In this document: piece after piece, positions 10,509 through 20,018 of the stretch
How the letters are laid out: each line of letters opens with the position of its first letter
How positions within the stretch are numbered: position 1 is the first letter of the stretch
Assembly: GCA_963422635.1 (NCBI GenBank)
Contig: OY730415.1
Coordinates: 2,368,385-2,432,384, forward strand
Direction: 5' to 3'
From: Dehalococcoidia bacterium
GTDB taxonomy: Bacteria; Chloroflexota; Dehalococcoidia; Lucifugimonadales; UBA3495
Length of the DNA stretch: 64,000 nt
The notes under the pieces: generated by a model
The model's database searches: none
Told to the model about the DNA's origin: nothing
What the model saw: only the letters and a program-made list of their open reading frames with translations
Made by a program: the position numbers and the translations under genes

Positions 10509-11204
10509 GTGACAGACGAACTACTTCTTACCCAGAAGCTCCTGGCGTCAATCATCGTCGGCTATTTGCTCGGTTCCATCCCCTTGGCCCATCTGGTAGC
10601 CCGGCGCCGCGGGATTGACATCTTCGCCACTGGCAGCACCCGGGCTGGCACCGCCAACGTATTCTGGAACATCAGCCGGCGTAACGGGATACTGGTCTTC
10701 GCCGGAGATGCCACCAAGGGCTGGCTGGCCGTCCTTTTTGCCAGCCTGCTGGGCGTGCCGGAGGTTGCCTTCATACTGGCTGGCGGTGCTGCCGTTGCCG
10801 GGCATTGGAAGTCCATTTTCACCCGTTTTCGGGGCGGCGACGGTATGGTTACCCTGGTCGGCGTAACCTTTGCCCTGACGCCGCAATTGGGACTGCTAGG
10901 CATCGCTATAGGCTTTGGCATCGTTCTGCTGACCCGACACTCTCCCTTTCGGTCATCCTGGGGAATCGCAGCGTGCTTCTCCGCGCTGCTGGTGATCAGC
11001 CAATCACTGCCCTACTTCTATTCGGAGCGGTTGCCGGTCTTGGAACTCTCCGCACTGGCCTTGCTGGTTATTTTCCACAACGTGCTCATCCACCGTCGTC
11101 GGGCCCTTCCCCGGGCCGAGATCCGGGAGAATCTGGAATTGGAACTGGAAGAGGAGGAGGATTTGAGCCAGGAAATTGACCCCGACTTTCCCCACAGCCG
11201 TTAG
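10509..11204 (+). CDS. PlsY-family acyltransferase paralog (divergent)
   Basis: VGYLLGSIPLAHLVARRRGIDI... and GHWKSIFTRFRGGDG resemble PlsY. The canonical GSGNxGATN motif is replaced by GSTRAGTAN. It also has an acidic C-terminal tail. Confidence 0.65.
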   Translation: MTDELLLTQKLLASIIVGYLLGSIPLAHLVARRRGIDIFATGSTRAGTANVFWNISRRNGILVFAGDATKGWLAVLFASLLGVPEVAFILAGGAAVAGHWKSIFTRFRGGDGMVTLVGVTFALTPQLGLLGIAIGFGIVLLTRHSPFRSSWGIAACFSALLVISQSLPYFYSERLPVLELSALALLVIFHNVLIHRRRALPRAEIRENLELELEEEEDLSQEIDPDFPHSR

Positions 11205-11244
11205 CCGCTCGTCGGGAAAGCGACCCGGTTAGTTGTATTAGTCG

Positions 11245-12459
11245 TCAATCCTTACTCTGCCGGTTCCGCTTCAAAGCGTTAAGCTCCAGAACCCAACCCA
11301 AATTATCATCTTCGGCGGCATCCTCGGCGAAATGAGGGGCGAGCTTAACTGCCTGTTCCAAACATTCCAGACAAGGACTGATTTCATCCAGCCGGGCATA
11401 CAAGCGGGCAGCGTTATACCAGGCAACCGGGAATCCCGAATCAATAGCCACGGCGGCAAGATAATCTTCCAGCGCCTCCTCCTCGTTATCCTGGGCTTCG
11501 TGAGCCGCCCCCCGATTGTTAAGGGCGGCGGGAAAATCCGGCCACAATGCCACCGCCGCGTCATAATCGGCCAGCGCGCTGCCGTAGTCTTCCAGCGCAT
11601 CGTAAGCCAAGCCCCGGTTGTTGAACGCCTCAGCATCGTCCGGGCGCAGAGTTACCACCTCAGTATAGTCGGCAACAGCTTCCTCGATGTATCCCAAATA
11701 ATAATGGGTACGCGCCCGGTTGAAGTAAGCGTCAGCGTTTTCGGGGTTAAAGTCAATGGCCATAGCATAATCGGCAATCGCCCGGTCGTGCAGTTCCAAC
11801 TCATCCAGAGACGCCCCCCGGTTCAAATAGGCGTTAGACAAGGTCGGCCGGAGTTCGATAGCTCGGTCAAAGGCGGCTACCGCTTCCCGGTGGCGGCCAA
11901 TTCGGGCCAGCGCCACTCCACGATTGTAGTGGGCCTGGAGGTAATCCGGGGCCAGTTCGGCGGCGGCGGCGTAGTCTTGGAGCGCAGTTTCCGGCTCTCC
12001 CAAGTCATCGTAGGCATTGCCGCGCTGATAACGGATTTCGGCCATATCCGGCTGCTGTTCCAGAACTTGGGTAAGTTCGGCTACCGCCTGAGCCGGGTCC
12101 TTCAGCCGAAGGTAGGCCAAGCCCAGGTTGAAGCGGGCCACCGGGTTATCTGGCTCAACGGCCAGGATACGGGCATACACTTGGACGGCGGCCGCATAGC
12201 GGCCCACCGCGAAACACCCGTTGCCAAATATCGGATCGGCCGGAGCTGCCTCCTCCGGCGAGAATGAGGCGGCTAAACCATCTAATGCTTGCTCCATTTC
12301 CTGGGCGGCCAAGCCCCGCAACCGGCCGCCCCGAGGCAGCGGCGTCAGATAAGCGACGCCAATGGAATTATTCTGCAACAAGAGTATTAACTTATCTCGG
12401 AAGGTCTCGACCGGTTCCATCGTTCTCACGTACTCGGGATAATTTGCCCACGCCGGCAT
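11245..12459 (-). CDS. tetratricopeptide (TPR) repeat protein
   Basis: About eight tandem 34-aa units with the pattern A..YNRG.AY..LG....A..DY..A..L.P....A. Confidence 0.8.
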   Translation of the reverse strand: MPAWANYPEYVRTMEPVETFRDKLILLLQNNSIGVAYLTPLPRGGRLRGLAAQEMEQALDGLAASFSPEEAAPADPIFGNGCFAVGRYAAAVQVYARILAVEPDNPVARFNLGLAYLRLKDPAQAVAELTQVLEQQPDMAEIRYQRGNAYDDLGEPETALQDYAAAAELAPDYLQAHYNRGVALARIGRHREAVAAFDRAIELRPTLSNAYLNRGASLDELELHDRAIADYAMAIDFNPENADAYFNRARTHYYLGYIEEAVADYTEVVTLRPDDAEAFNNRGLAYDALEDYGSALADYDAAVALWPDFPAALNNRGAAHEAQDNEEEALEDYLAAVAIDSGFPVAWYNAARLYARLDEISPCLECLEQAVKLAPHFAEDAAEDDNLGWVLELNALKRNRQSKD

Positions 12460-12600
12460 AACCGGCGGGCTTTTTAGAATATCACGAAACCGCCGCTATG
12501 ACGAAGAAACGCAATCTTACCAACCGGGGCTTTACCGGGGCTTTCGATTCGCCGCCCAGGGTAGCCGCCCAATTGCCGCAGAGGTCTGCGAGTAACCTCG

Positions 12601-12629
12601 TTGAATAATTCGGGCTGCCCCCCTACAAT
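12601..12629 (+). promoter_or_regulatory. candidate promoter (TTGAAT, 17 nt, TACAAT) for the glutaredoxin-like gene
   Basis: Hexamers at 12601-12606 and 12624-12629 with a 17-nt spacer. Confidence 0.4.
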
Positions 12630-12717
12630 GGACGCTACGAAACTTGCCCGCCGTATTGCAGCGCATCGGCGCATCCTGCCGCGCAAGGGCCGGGATACTT
12701 ATTCCCAGGAGCTTATC

Positions 12718-12948
12718 ATGACTACCGAAAGCAACGCCCAAATAGTTCTTTATACCCACCCGGACTGCTCATTTTCCGCTGCCGCCAAGATGGAATACCG
12801 CCGCAGCAAAACTGCCTACACCGAGATTGACCTGGCTAAGCAACCGGATATGATACCCGCCTTGCTGGAGTTAACCAACGGGGAACGGGTTACTCCGGTC
12901 ATTGTCCAGGATGGGAACGTAACCATCGGCTACAAGGGCGGCTATTGA
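12718..12948 (+). CDS. glutaredoxin-like protein (CxxS active site)
   Basis: Thioredoxin-fold pattern (IVLYTHPDCSFSAAAK...ERVTPVIV.DG). ATG at 12718 has AGGAG 7 nt upstream. The longer track ORF starting at 12601 overlaps the promoter and was not used. Confidence 0.7.
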   Translation: MTTESNAQIVLYTHPDCSFSAAAKMEYRRSKTAYTEIDLAKQPDMIPALLELTNGERVTPVIVQDGNVTIGYKGGY

Positions 12949-13125
12949 GACTTCTAACCCGGGGCCGTTGGCTCCTCAAGACTCTTCGGGCATTCTCAAT
13001 ATAACTCGGCATACCCGGGCTTATTGAGGACGCTCGTTTTTGCGTACTGACACTTGCTCCTTGTGGCGTTCCCAACGCTGTGCTAGGCTGACTGCATAAC
13101 ACAAACACCAAGGGGAAGTAACGCT

Positions 13126-14247
13126 ATGCCAACCGATGCGAACAAAGACAAGCAATCCGCTCTGGAAATCGCGCTGGGCCGCATTGAGAAAGACCACGGC
13201 AAGGGCGCCGTGATGCGGCTTGGGGAGGAAGCCGCCCAACGACTCAGCACCGAGGTTATCCCCACCGGTTCCCTCTCCCTGGACATTGCGCTAGGCGCCG
13301 GAGGCATTCCCCGAGGACGGGTAACCGAAATCTACGGCAGCGAGTCTGCCGGTAAGTCCACCCTAGCCATCCATATTATGACCGAAACCCAGAAATTGGG
13401 GGGTATCGCTGCTTATGTAGATGCGGAACATGCCCTGGACCCTAACTATGCCGCCAACTGCGGCCTCACCCTGAACGACCTGCTCATCTCCCAGCCGGAC
13501 AGCGGCGAGCAGGCCCTAGACATCACCGAGCAACTGGTGCGTAGCGGCGCGGTTGACACTATCGTGGTGGACAGCGTAGCTGCGTTGGTGCCTCAGGCGG
13601 AAATCGAGGGGGACATGGGAGATACTCACGTCGGCCTGCAAGCCCGGCTGATGTCCCAAGCCTTGCGCAAACTCACCTCCACCATCCACCATTCCCGCAC
13701 CGCCGTCGTGTTTATCAACCAATTACGGGAAAAAGTAGGCATTTCCTACGGCAGCCCGGAGGTAACTCCCGGCGGCCGGGCCTTGAAGTTCTACAGCTCA
13801 GTCCGCATTGACCTGCGCCGCACCGAATCCATCAAGCAAGGCTCGGAGATTATCGGCAGCCGAGTACGAGCGCGCATCGTCAAAAACAAGATTGCCGCCC
13901 CTTTCCGGGTCACCGAGTTTGACATTATGTTCAATCAGGGCATCAGCAAGATGGGCGATCTGCTGGAGCTAGGGGTCAACGAGGGTATCCTCAAGAAGGC
14001 CGGAGCCTTCTATTCCTACGGCGAAACCCGCCTGGGCCAAGGTCGGGAAAACTCCAAGGACTTCCTTGCGCAGCATCCGGAGATCGCCGATTCCATCGAA
14101 GCCCGGGTCCGGGGCAAGGTTGCGCCGGAAGCTGCCCTCCAAGCTGCTAACCCCGCCGCACAAAAAGAGAACCCGGTCAAAATCTCCGAAGAGACCGACA
14201 TTAATACCATCCTGTCGGCTTTATCCGACCCGGAAGATTCAGAGTAG
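13126..14247 (+). CDS. recA: recombinase RecA
   Basis: Walker A motif [11 protein letters not shown], the L1/L2 loop regions, and overall RecA colinearity. Confidence 0.97.
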   Translation: MPTDANKDKQSALEIALGRIEKDHGKGAVMRLGEEAAQRLSTEVIPTGSLSLDIALGAGGIPRGRVTEIYGSESAGKSTLAIHIMTETQKLGGIAAYVDAEHALDPNYAANCGLTLNDLLISQPDSGEQALDITEQLVRSGAVDTIVVDSVAALVPQAEIEGDMGDTHVGLQARLMSQALRKLTSTIHHSRTAVVFINQLREKVGISYGSPEVTPGGRALKFYSSVRIDLRRTESIKQGSEIIGSRVRARIVKNKIAAPFRVTEFDIMFNQGISKMGDLLELGVNEGILKKAGAFYSYGETRLGQGRENSKDFLAQHPEIADSIEARVRGKVAPEAALQAANPAAQKENPVKISEETDINTILSALSDPEDSE

Positions 14248-14267
14248 ACCTTAGTAAGGATCGAGCT

Positions 14268-14804
14268 TTGACAATGCCGACAAACCCGCCTTCCCCGCCA
14301 GGTCTTGCCGACGACTCTAGCGCGGCCGGGGACTTGGGGAAGGACTACTCGAACACCCTTAGCGCCGCCCTCCGTTTCCTGAGCTACCGACCGCGCAGCG
14401 AAACGGAGGTCCGCCGCCGCCTTTCCCATCGTCACCTTCCCCAAGCAATCGACCGGGTAATTTTCCTCCTCAAGCAGAACCGTTACCTGGATGACGCAGC
14501 CTTCGCCGAACTATGGCGGCGCAGTCGAGAACAGCGTCGGCCCAGGAGTCGCCGGGCGCTGCAACAGGAACTCAGGAATTTCGGGGTGGAACCGGAGGTT
14601 ATAGAAAAGGCGTTGGAAGGTTTCGACTCGGCGGCCAATGCCCACCGGGCCGGACAGAAACCGGCGGCAAGACTGGCGGCCAAGGGCGCTTCGCCGGATT
14701 TGTTCCGGCGGAAAATCGGCGCCCACTTACAACGCAGAGGCTTCGAGTATTCGGTGGCTACCGAGACGGTGAACCGCCTATGGCAGGAATTAACCGAGAA
14801 TTAG
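14268..14804 (+). CDS. recX: regulatory protein RecX
   Basis: Lies immediately downstream of recA. RecX-like repeats are present (ALRFLSYRPRSETEVRRRL...). Confidence 0.85.
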   Translation: MTMPTNPPSPPGLADDSSAAGDLGKDYSNTLSAALRFLSYRPRSETEVRRRLSHRHLPQAIDRVIFLLKQNRYLDDAAFAELWRRSREQRRPRSRRALQQELRNFGVEPEVIEKALEGFDSAANAHRAGQKPAARLAAKGASPDLFRRKIGAHLQRRGFEYSVATETVNRLWQELTEN

Positions 14805-15334
14805 CGCCTTAACCGCTGCCAAGCGATGAAAACACCCATAACGACAAACAGCGTATCCAGCGAGCCGAACCCATAAGGGCTGAAGGGCCGGCTGGCGAGA
14901 TACGCGATAATAACCACCAGGGCGGCGATGTAGGAAAGCAAGACGCTGCGCTTTCGATTGACCGCCAAACTGACCAGTTCACCAGCGGCATAGCCAAAAG
15001 CGACCGCCAGCATGCCCGATACGGAGCCATACGCCCCGAAGGCCACCAGCATCCGGTCAAGCAATATCCACAGGATACTCCCGACGATCGCCAACAGGAC
15101 GGCCATGCCAACGGCCCGGCTATAATAGCTGGGCTGAACGTCATAAGTCGGCATCGGCTGAGCCTTGCCGCATTCCCGGCAGCGGATTCCCACCGGCGCC
15201 TGCACCAGGCACTGAGCGCACATCCGCTTGCCGCAGCGACTGCAAGAGAGGCCCGTTTCTACCTCGGGATGCCAGAAACAGGTCAGCGCCGATCCTTGGG
15301 TTTGACTTGTCTGTTCCGGTTGTTCCAACGCCAT
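14801..15334 (-). CDS. B-box-type zinc-finger membrane protein
   Basis: The N-terminus CFWHPEVETGLSCSRCGKRMCAQCLV....CRECG is B-box-like and is followed by 3-4 predicted TM helices. Its stop codon overlaps the convergent recX stop by 4 nt. Confidence 0.6.
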   Translation of the reverse strand: MALEQPEQTSQTQGSALTCFWHPEVETGLSCSRCGKRMCAQCLVQAPVGIRCRECGKAQPMPTYDVQPSYYSRAVGMAVLLAIVGSILWILLDRMLVAFGAYGSVSGMLAVAFGYAAGELVSLAVNRKRSVLLSYIAALVVIIAYLASRPFSPYGFGSLDTLFVVMGVFIAWQRLRR

Positions 15335-15348
15335 TAGCCGCTCTCCGG

Positions 15349-16119
15349 TTATCCTTTAAGGCTCCCTGGAACTCGGCTTACCCACTCGGTTCTACTGTCC
15401 AAATCCCGGTCCCGGAAAAGCCGATTGAACAATACCTTCCTGCGGGACACATCCTGAGGGAAGGCCATTGAATTGGTCAGAAGTCGTTTCAAAACTACCG
15501 ACGCCAAGATAGCCAAGCAGTAACAGCTTAACACAAATGCTGCGCCGGCGGGGATGGTAAAGGATTCGGGATCGGTCAACAGCAACCCCAAGGATGACCA
15601 GTCCAGGGTCATCCAGCCGCCTGGGGTCAAGGCCAACAGGGGTAGCGAAGCCCCCGCTGCCAACACCCACACGCCCGAACTGCGGGTTGCCAACCATCCG
15701 ACCAAGTATATCAGGATGGCAGCAGTGAGTAGCAATGGAGCCAAAGCTAACAACATCCCGCAAATGACCAAAAGGCCGCGGCCACCTTGAAAACCGAGAA
15801 ACACGGACCAGTTGTTGCCAACGAGGGTCAGTAGTGGCGCCGTCAAGAACAGCGGCGACGTCCGCTCCAGCCCCGGTACATAATCCAGGAAAACCAGCCC
15901 AATCAGGACCGGCGAGATGCCTTTGAAGAGAAGCTCAAGCAGGGAAAGGGGCGCCACCCACTTCTTGCCCAGTTGACGGACGACGTTGGAAGCACCAACG
16001 TTGCCACTGCCATATTGCCGAAGGTCGATGCCTTCGACCAGTCTGGCAATAATGTGCGCAGTAGGCACCGCTCCAATCAGGTAGGAATAGATATAGAGGC
16101 CGGCAATCTCCAGGGACAT
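15349..16119 (-). CDS. plsY: glycerol-3-phosphate acyltransferase PlsY (canonical-motif copy, with C-terminal extension)
   Basis: YLIGAVPTAHIIARL..GIDLRQYGSGNVGASNVVRQLGKK and NWSVFLGFQGGRG match the PlsY motifs. Confidence 0.8.
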   Translation of the reverse strand: MSLEIAGLYIYSYLIGAVPTAHIIARLVEGIDLRQYGSGNVGASNVVRQLGKKWVAPLSLLELLFKGISPVLIGLVFLDYVPGLERTSPLFLTAPLLTLVGNNWSVFLGFQGGRGLLVICGMLLALAPLLLTAAILIYLVGWLATRSSGVWVLAAGASLPLLALTPGGWMTLDWSSLGLLLTDPESFTIPAGAAFVLSCYCLAILASVVLKRLLTNSMAFPQDVSRRKVLFNRLFRDRDLDSRTEWVSRVPGSLKG

Positions 16120-16139
16120 AGGCCGGTTCGCCGAAAAGC

Positions 16140-16985
16140 CTAACGGGCTTCGGCTAGTTTTCGGGAGACTTCCGCCAACCGCTCTACCGTTTCCATTGGC
16201 GGCCCCAAAACGCCGGGCAGAAGTTCCCCGCTGTTACCCAAACCGTGATAATCGCTGCCCCCGCAGGGAATCAGGTCGTGGCGCTTGGCGACTTCCAATA
16301 GGTAGTCCACCGTTTCCGGGCTGTATTGAGCGTAGTGCACCTCAATGCCGACCAAGCCGGCTTCCTTTAGTTCGGCCACTTTGGCGTCTAGGTCAAGCAA
16401 GTTGGCCGGATGCGCCAAGACCGCCGAGCCGCCAACTTGGGCCAGCATCTCGACTCCTTCCTTCGGCGTCATCTTTTGCCGCTCCACGTAGGCCAGACCC
16501 TTGCGTCCCAAGTAGTCGTAAAAAGCCTCCTTGGGTTCCTTAAAGTAACCTTTTTCTACCATGGCCAAGGCAATATGCGGACGGCCTACCGAGCCGTCGC
16601 CAGCAATAGCCTGCACCCGCTCCCACTCCACCGGCTTGCCTAGAGTCGCCAGTTTTTCCACCATCAACCGGCCTCGCTCCAGACGGCCGGCCCGAAACCG
16701 CCGCAAGATGTTTTGAAACTCCGCATCCTGATACTGAAGAAAGTACCCTAGCATATGTATTTCGTCGCCGGGGATGTCGGTGCTCAGCTCAATGGCGGGG
16801 ATAATCTGCAAATCCGGGAACGCTTCGGCGGCCTGGTATGCCTCCGCCACTCCTTCGGTGGTATCGTGATCTGATATGGCTGCTACTTTTAATCCCTGGC
16901 TTGCCGCCAGGTTAACCAGTTCAGTAGGGGAGAGCCGCCCGTCGGAAGCCCGGGTATGCAGATGCAGGTCAACAATAGCGCCCAT
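16140..16985 (-). CDS. PHP-domain metal-dependent phosphoesterase (TrpH/YciV-like)
   Basis: N-terminus DLHLHTRASDGRLSP, plus later HP and GSDYHG histidine motifs. Confidence 0.85.
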   Translation of the reverse strand: MGAIVDLHLHTRASDGRLSPTELVNLAASQGLKVAAISDHDTTEGVAEAYQAAEAFPDLQIIPAIELSTDIPGDEIHMLGYFLQYQDAEFQNILRRFRAGRLERGRLMVEKLATLGKPVEWERVQAIAGDGSVGRPHIALAMVEKGYFKEPKEAFYDYLGRKGLAYVERQKMTPKEGVEMLAQVGGSAVLAHPANLLDLDAKVAELKEAGLVGIEVHYAQYSPETVDYLLEVAKRHDLIPCGGSDYHGLGNSGELLPGVLGPPMETVERLAEVSRKLAEAR

Positions 16986-16986
16986 G

Positions 16987-17757
16987 TTATTCCACCATCC
17001 GATCTATACGTTGAATTGACTGCGCCTTGCCGGTTACCGGGTCAACGTCCAGCAGGGCCGAATTGAGTATCACCGGGCCGCCGGCCACGGAAAGCCGCTG
17101 GGGCAGTCCGGTCAGGAAACGATCCAGCGCGGCGCTGGTATCACTGCCGATTACCGAGTTAACCGGCCCGGTCATACCTACGTCGGTCAGGTAAGCTGTT
17201 CCTTTAGGCAAGATACGAGGGTCCACCGTCCCCACGTGGGTATGGGTACCTAGTACAGCGCTAACCTTGCCGTCCAGATACCAGCCCATTGCCTGCTTTT
17301 CCGAAGTAGCTTCGGCGTGGAAGTCCACGATGATAACCGACGGGATGCCCTGGGACTGAACCTCTTTCAACGCCAGGTTGGCGGTGCGAAAGGGGCAGTC
17401 CAAGGTTGGCATAAACACGCGGCCCATCAGGTTGAGCACCATCACCCCGTCTTTCACCAGGTAACCCCGACCCGGAGCATCCGGGTAGTTGGCCGGACGG
17501 ATTAGAGGCAGCCCCTCGTCCAGGTAAGGGATAATCTCTTTCTGGTCCCAAATGTGATTCCCGGAAGTTAGTACGTCCACCCCGCTGTCCAGCAGTTCCT
17601 CGGCGGTGCCTCGAGTAATGCCAAAGCCGCCGGCCGTATTTTCGCCATTAGCGATTACCAAGTCTATGCAGAACTCTTTGCGCAATTCCGGCACCAAACG
17701 GCGCACGGCCCGGCGACCCGGCTGACCTATAATGTCTCCAATCATCAAAATATGCAA
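16987..17757 (-). CDS. ymdB: YmdB-family metallophosphoesterase (2',3'-cyclic-nucleotide 2'-phosphodiesterase)
   Basis: ILMIGDIIGQPGRRAV...VIANGENTAGGFGIT...GNHIWD matches the TIGR00282-type YmdB pattern. The start is TTG, with GGAAGGA upstream. Confidence 0.9.
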   Translation of the reverse strand: MHILMIGDIIGQPGRRAVRRLVPELRKEFCIDLVIANGENTAGGFGITRGTAEELLDSGVDVLTSGNHIWDQKEIIPYLDEGLPLIRPANYPDAPGRGYLVKDGVMVLNLMGRVFMPTLDCPFRTANLALKEVQSQGIPSVIIVDFHAEATSEKQAMGWYLDGKVSAVLGTHTHVGTVDPRILPKGTAYLTDVGMTGPVNSVIGSDTSAALDRFLTGLPQRLSVAGGPVILNSALLDVDPVTGKAQSIQRIDRMVE

Positions 17758-18027
17758 GGGTTCTTTCCTTCCGCCAAGTCCTTCGCCAGCCCGGATTCCT
17801 GATTATTAAAGCAACCTTAACCTTGACCGACTCGCGTTTATCCAGCCTGCGACCAGCGGGGGAGGGGGGAGCGGATCGGACTGGGCCGCCGCACGGTTGG
17901 TTCATACTATTGACCGGTAAAGGAATAGACCCCAGCTCCGGGGCCTATCGTCAGCCGTTGCCAATAAGTTCTCCAAACATATCCGGCCCGGCGGTCCCAG
18001 ATGACGCCGACCGGGCCAGAGGCGCGG

Positions 18028-19560
18028 CTAGCGGGCTATTTCCACATTACGAGTTTCCCGGATGACGGTCACTTTAATTTGTCCGGGGAAAACCAGGTCT
18101 TCCTCGACCTTACGGGCAATGTCCCGAGCCAACGCAGCGGAGCCAATGTCGTCGATATCTGTTGGCTTGACCATAACCCGCACTTCCCGGCCAGCCTGAA
18201 TGGCAAAAGCGCGCTCCACGCCGCCAAACCCGATGGCCGTATCCTCCAGGTCGCGCAGGCGTCTCACGTACTGGTCCAAGGACTCCTTGCGCGCGCCGGG
18301 CCGGGCCGCGCTGATTGCATCGGCGCTGGCAACGATGAAAGACTCGATGGTCGAGTGTTCATCGTCATGGTGTTCCAGGATGGACAGGTAGGAATTGTGG
18401 TTAATCCCGTACTTCTTCGCCAAGTCGGCGCCGATTTCGGCGTGGGGGCCGGCGACCTCGTGGGTCAAGGCCTTGCCCACATCGTGGAGCAGCCCACCAA
18501 CCTTGGCAACCTGGATATTGGCGCCCACTTCGGCCGCCAGCATACCGGCGAGGAGACATACCTCTATCGAATGTTTGAGGACGTTCTCGCCATAGCTGTA
18601 GCGGTATTTCAGTTGACCCAAGAGCCGCACCAACTCTGAATCAATGCCGCTGAGGCCAACGTCGAAAGTGGACTGCTCGCCCGCCTTCCAGATGGTTTGC
18701 TCAATATCCAACTGGGCGCGATTTACCATGTCCTCAATCCGAGCCGGCTGGATGCGACCATCGCTGACCAGCTTCTCCAAGGCCAAGCGGGCGACCTCCC
18801 GACGCACCGGGTCAAAGCAGGATATAGTTACGATTTCCGGAGTGTCGTCAATTACGATGTCCACTCCGGTCAGGGATTCCAATGCTCGAATGTTCCGCCC
18901 TTCGCGGCCGATAAGACGACCCTTCATCTCATCGTTGGGCAGGGATACTACCGATGTAGTGGTTTCGGATACCACATCGGTAGCCAGACGGTTAATAGCC
19001 AGGGTGATAATTCGACGGGCATTCTCTTCGGCGGTTACCTTGTATTCACGCTCCAGGTCATAGGTGCGACGGGCCAGTTCGTGCTTGGCCTTCTCCTCTC
19101 CTTCCTTGACCACCAAGTCCTTAGCTTCGGCCACGGACAGGCCCGCAGTCTCCTCCAGAACCTTAAGCTGTTCTTCCTTGAGGTCATTGACCGACTCCAG
19201 CGTCTTTTCAACCGCGGATTCTTTGTCAGACAGGCTGAGGCGCTGCTTTTCCAGGGACTCATTCTTGCGCTCCAGTTGCTCTTCCCGCTGCTGATAACGA
19301 CGTTCCAGTCGGTTGAGTTCCTGTCGCTGTTCCTTAATCTCGTTTTCGCCGATGGTACGCAGTTTCAGGACTTCTTCTTGGCCTTCAAGGAGGATTTTCC
19401 ATTTCTCGGCCTCCGCCTGGGCCACTACCGAATTGGCTTCTTCTCTGGCATTTTCTACCCGCTTACCGTCTATTCTGGAACGATAAAGCAGCCAAAAGGC
19501 CACCGCCGCTCCTAATATCCCTGCGGCCGACAGGACGGCTAGGAAAATAACAAGCTCCAT
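18028..19560 (-). CDS. rny: ribonuclease Y
   Basis: N-terminal TM helix, a coiled coil, a KH domain (GRLIGREGRNIRALESLTGVDIVIDD) and an HD domain (LLHDVGKA). Confidence 0.95.
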   Translation of the reverse strand: MELVIFLAVLSAAGILGAAVAFWLLYRSRIDGKRVENAREEANSVVAQAEAEKWKILLEGQEEVLKLRTIGENEIKEQRQELNRLERRYQQREEQLERKNESLEKQRLSLSDKESAVEKTLESVNDLKEEQLKVLEETAGLSVAEAKDLVVKEGEEKAKHELARRTYDLEREYKVTAEENARRIITLAINRLATDVVSETTTSVVSLPNDEMKGRLIGREGRNIRALESLTGVDIVIDDTPEIVTISCFDPVRREVARLALEKLVSDGRIQPARIEDMVNRAQLDIEQTIWKAGEQSTFDVGLSGIDSELVRLLGQLKYRYSYGENVLKHSIEVCLLAGMLAAEVGANIQVAKVGGLLHDVGKALTHEVAGPHAEIGADLAKKYGINHNSYLSILEHHDDEHSTIESFIVASADAISAARPGARKESLDQYVRRLRDLEDTAIGFGGVERAFAIQAGREVRVMVKPTDIDDIGSAALARDIARKVEEDLVFPGQIKVTVIRETRNVEIAR

Positions 19561-19622
19561 AGGGCACCTTTTCCTTTCCGTCTATGCTTTCGCTTCCAAG
19601 AGATTCAATCTCTCAAATTAGT

Positions 19623-19651
19623 ATCGTACTAATTGAGGCTTGCGCTGTCAA
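19623..19651 (-). promoter_or_regulatory. candidate promoter for rny (TTGACA, 17 nt, TACGAT on the minus strand)
   Basis: On the minus strand, -35 is at 19651-19646 and -10 at 19628-19623, about 60 nt upstream of the rny ATG. Confidence 0.45.
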
Positions 19652-19736
19652 GACAAACCCCACCCGCCAACAACATGTTCTTAACTATTTGGCGGTCTGG
19701 AAAGACCCTTTCTTGCTGCTCTACCTCTGGGCAAGG

Positions 19737-19825
19737 GCTTCCCCCATCAGGAAGCAGTTACCGCCATCGCATCCTCTGCCAACTGCGCAGCGTCCTCGCT
19801 TCCCCCATCAGGAGGCAGTTACCGC
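19737..19825. repeat. two 28-nt direct repeats (27/28 identical, 61-nt period), each able to form a 6-bp hairpin
   Basis: GCTTCCCCCATCAGGA(A/G)GCAGTTACCGC occurs at 19737-19764 and 19798-19825. In copy 1 the stem GCTTCC/GGAAGC encloses the loop CCCATCA. Confidence 0.85.
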
Positions 19826-19920
19826 TGCGAAAGATTTTCCACCCCTATCGCCTCGACCTTTTCTTGTCGGGAGGGGGGAAACTAAACTGAAATATTCGGT
19901 AAGGCTCCCGGAAATCCCTG

Positions 19921-19950
19921 TTGAGAGACGGCGACTACTTGGGATATAAT
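19921..19950 (+). promoter_or_regulatory. candidate promoter for dnaJ (TTGAGA, 18 nt, TATAAT)
   Basis: Hexamers at 19921-19926 and 19945-19950, about 70 nt upstream of the dnaJ ATG. Confidence 0.45.
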
Positions 19951-20018
19951 AACATTAACAGCAACAGCGCCTTGGTTAAGGATAACCGGCGATAGATGAA
20001 TTTTTTGGGTGGCTTGGA

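Noticed and set aside
11332-12267. 311-aa ORF antisense to the TPR gene
   Set aside because: The opposite strand encodes regular 34-aa TPR units. This frame has low-complexity composition and no motifs.
13028-13039. Possible LexA box GGAC-GCTC-GTTT upstream of recA
   Set aside because: It has two or more mismatches to the GAAC-N4-GTTC core and lies about 90 nt from the ATG. That is too weak to call as a feature, so it is mentioned only in the lexA finding.
18001-19515. Two plus-strand ORFs (212 aa and 272 aa) opposite rny
   Set aside because: RNase Y (KH plus HD domains) is unambiguous on the minus strand. The plus-strand frames are shadow ORFs.
19561-20018. CIRCE (HrcA) or HAIR (HspR) heat-shock operator upstream of dnaJ
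   Set aside because: Neither a TTAGCACTC-N9-GAGTGCTAA-like element nor a CTTGAGT-N7-ACTCAAG-like element is present on either strand.
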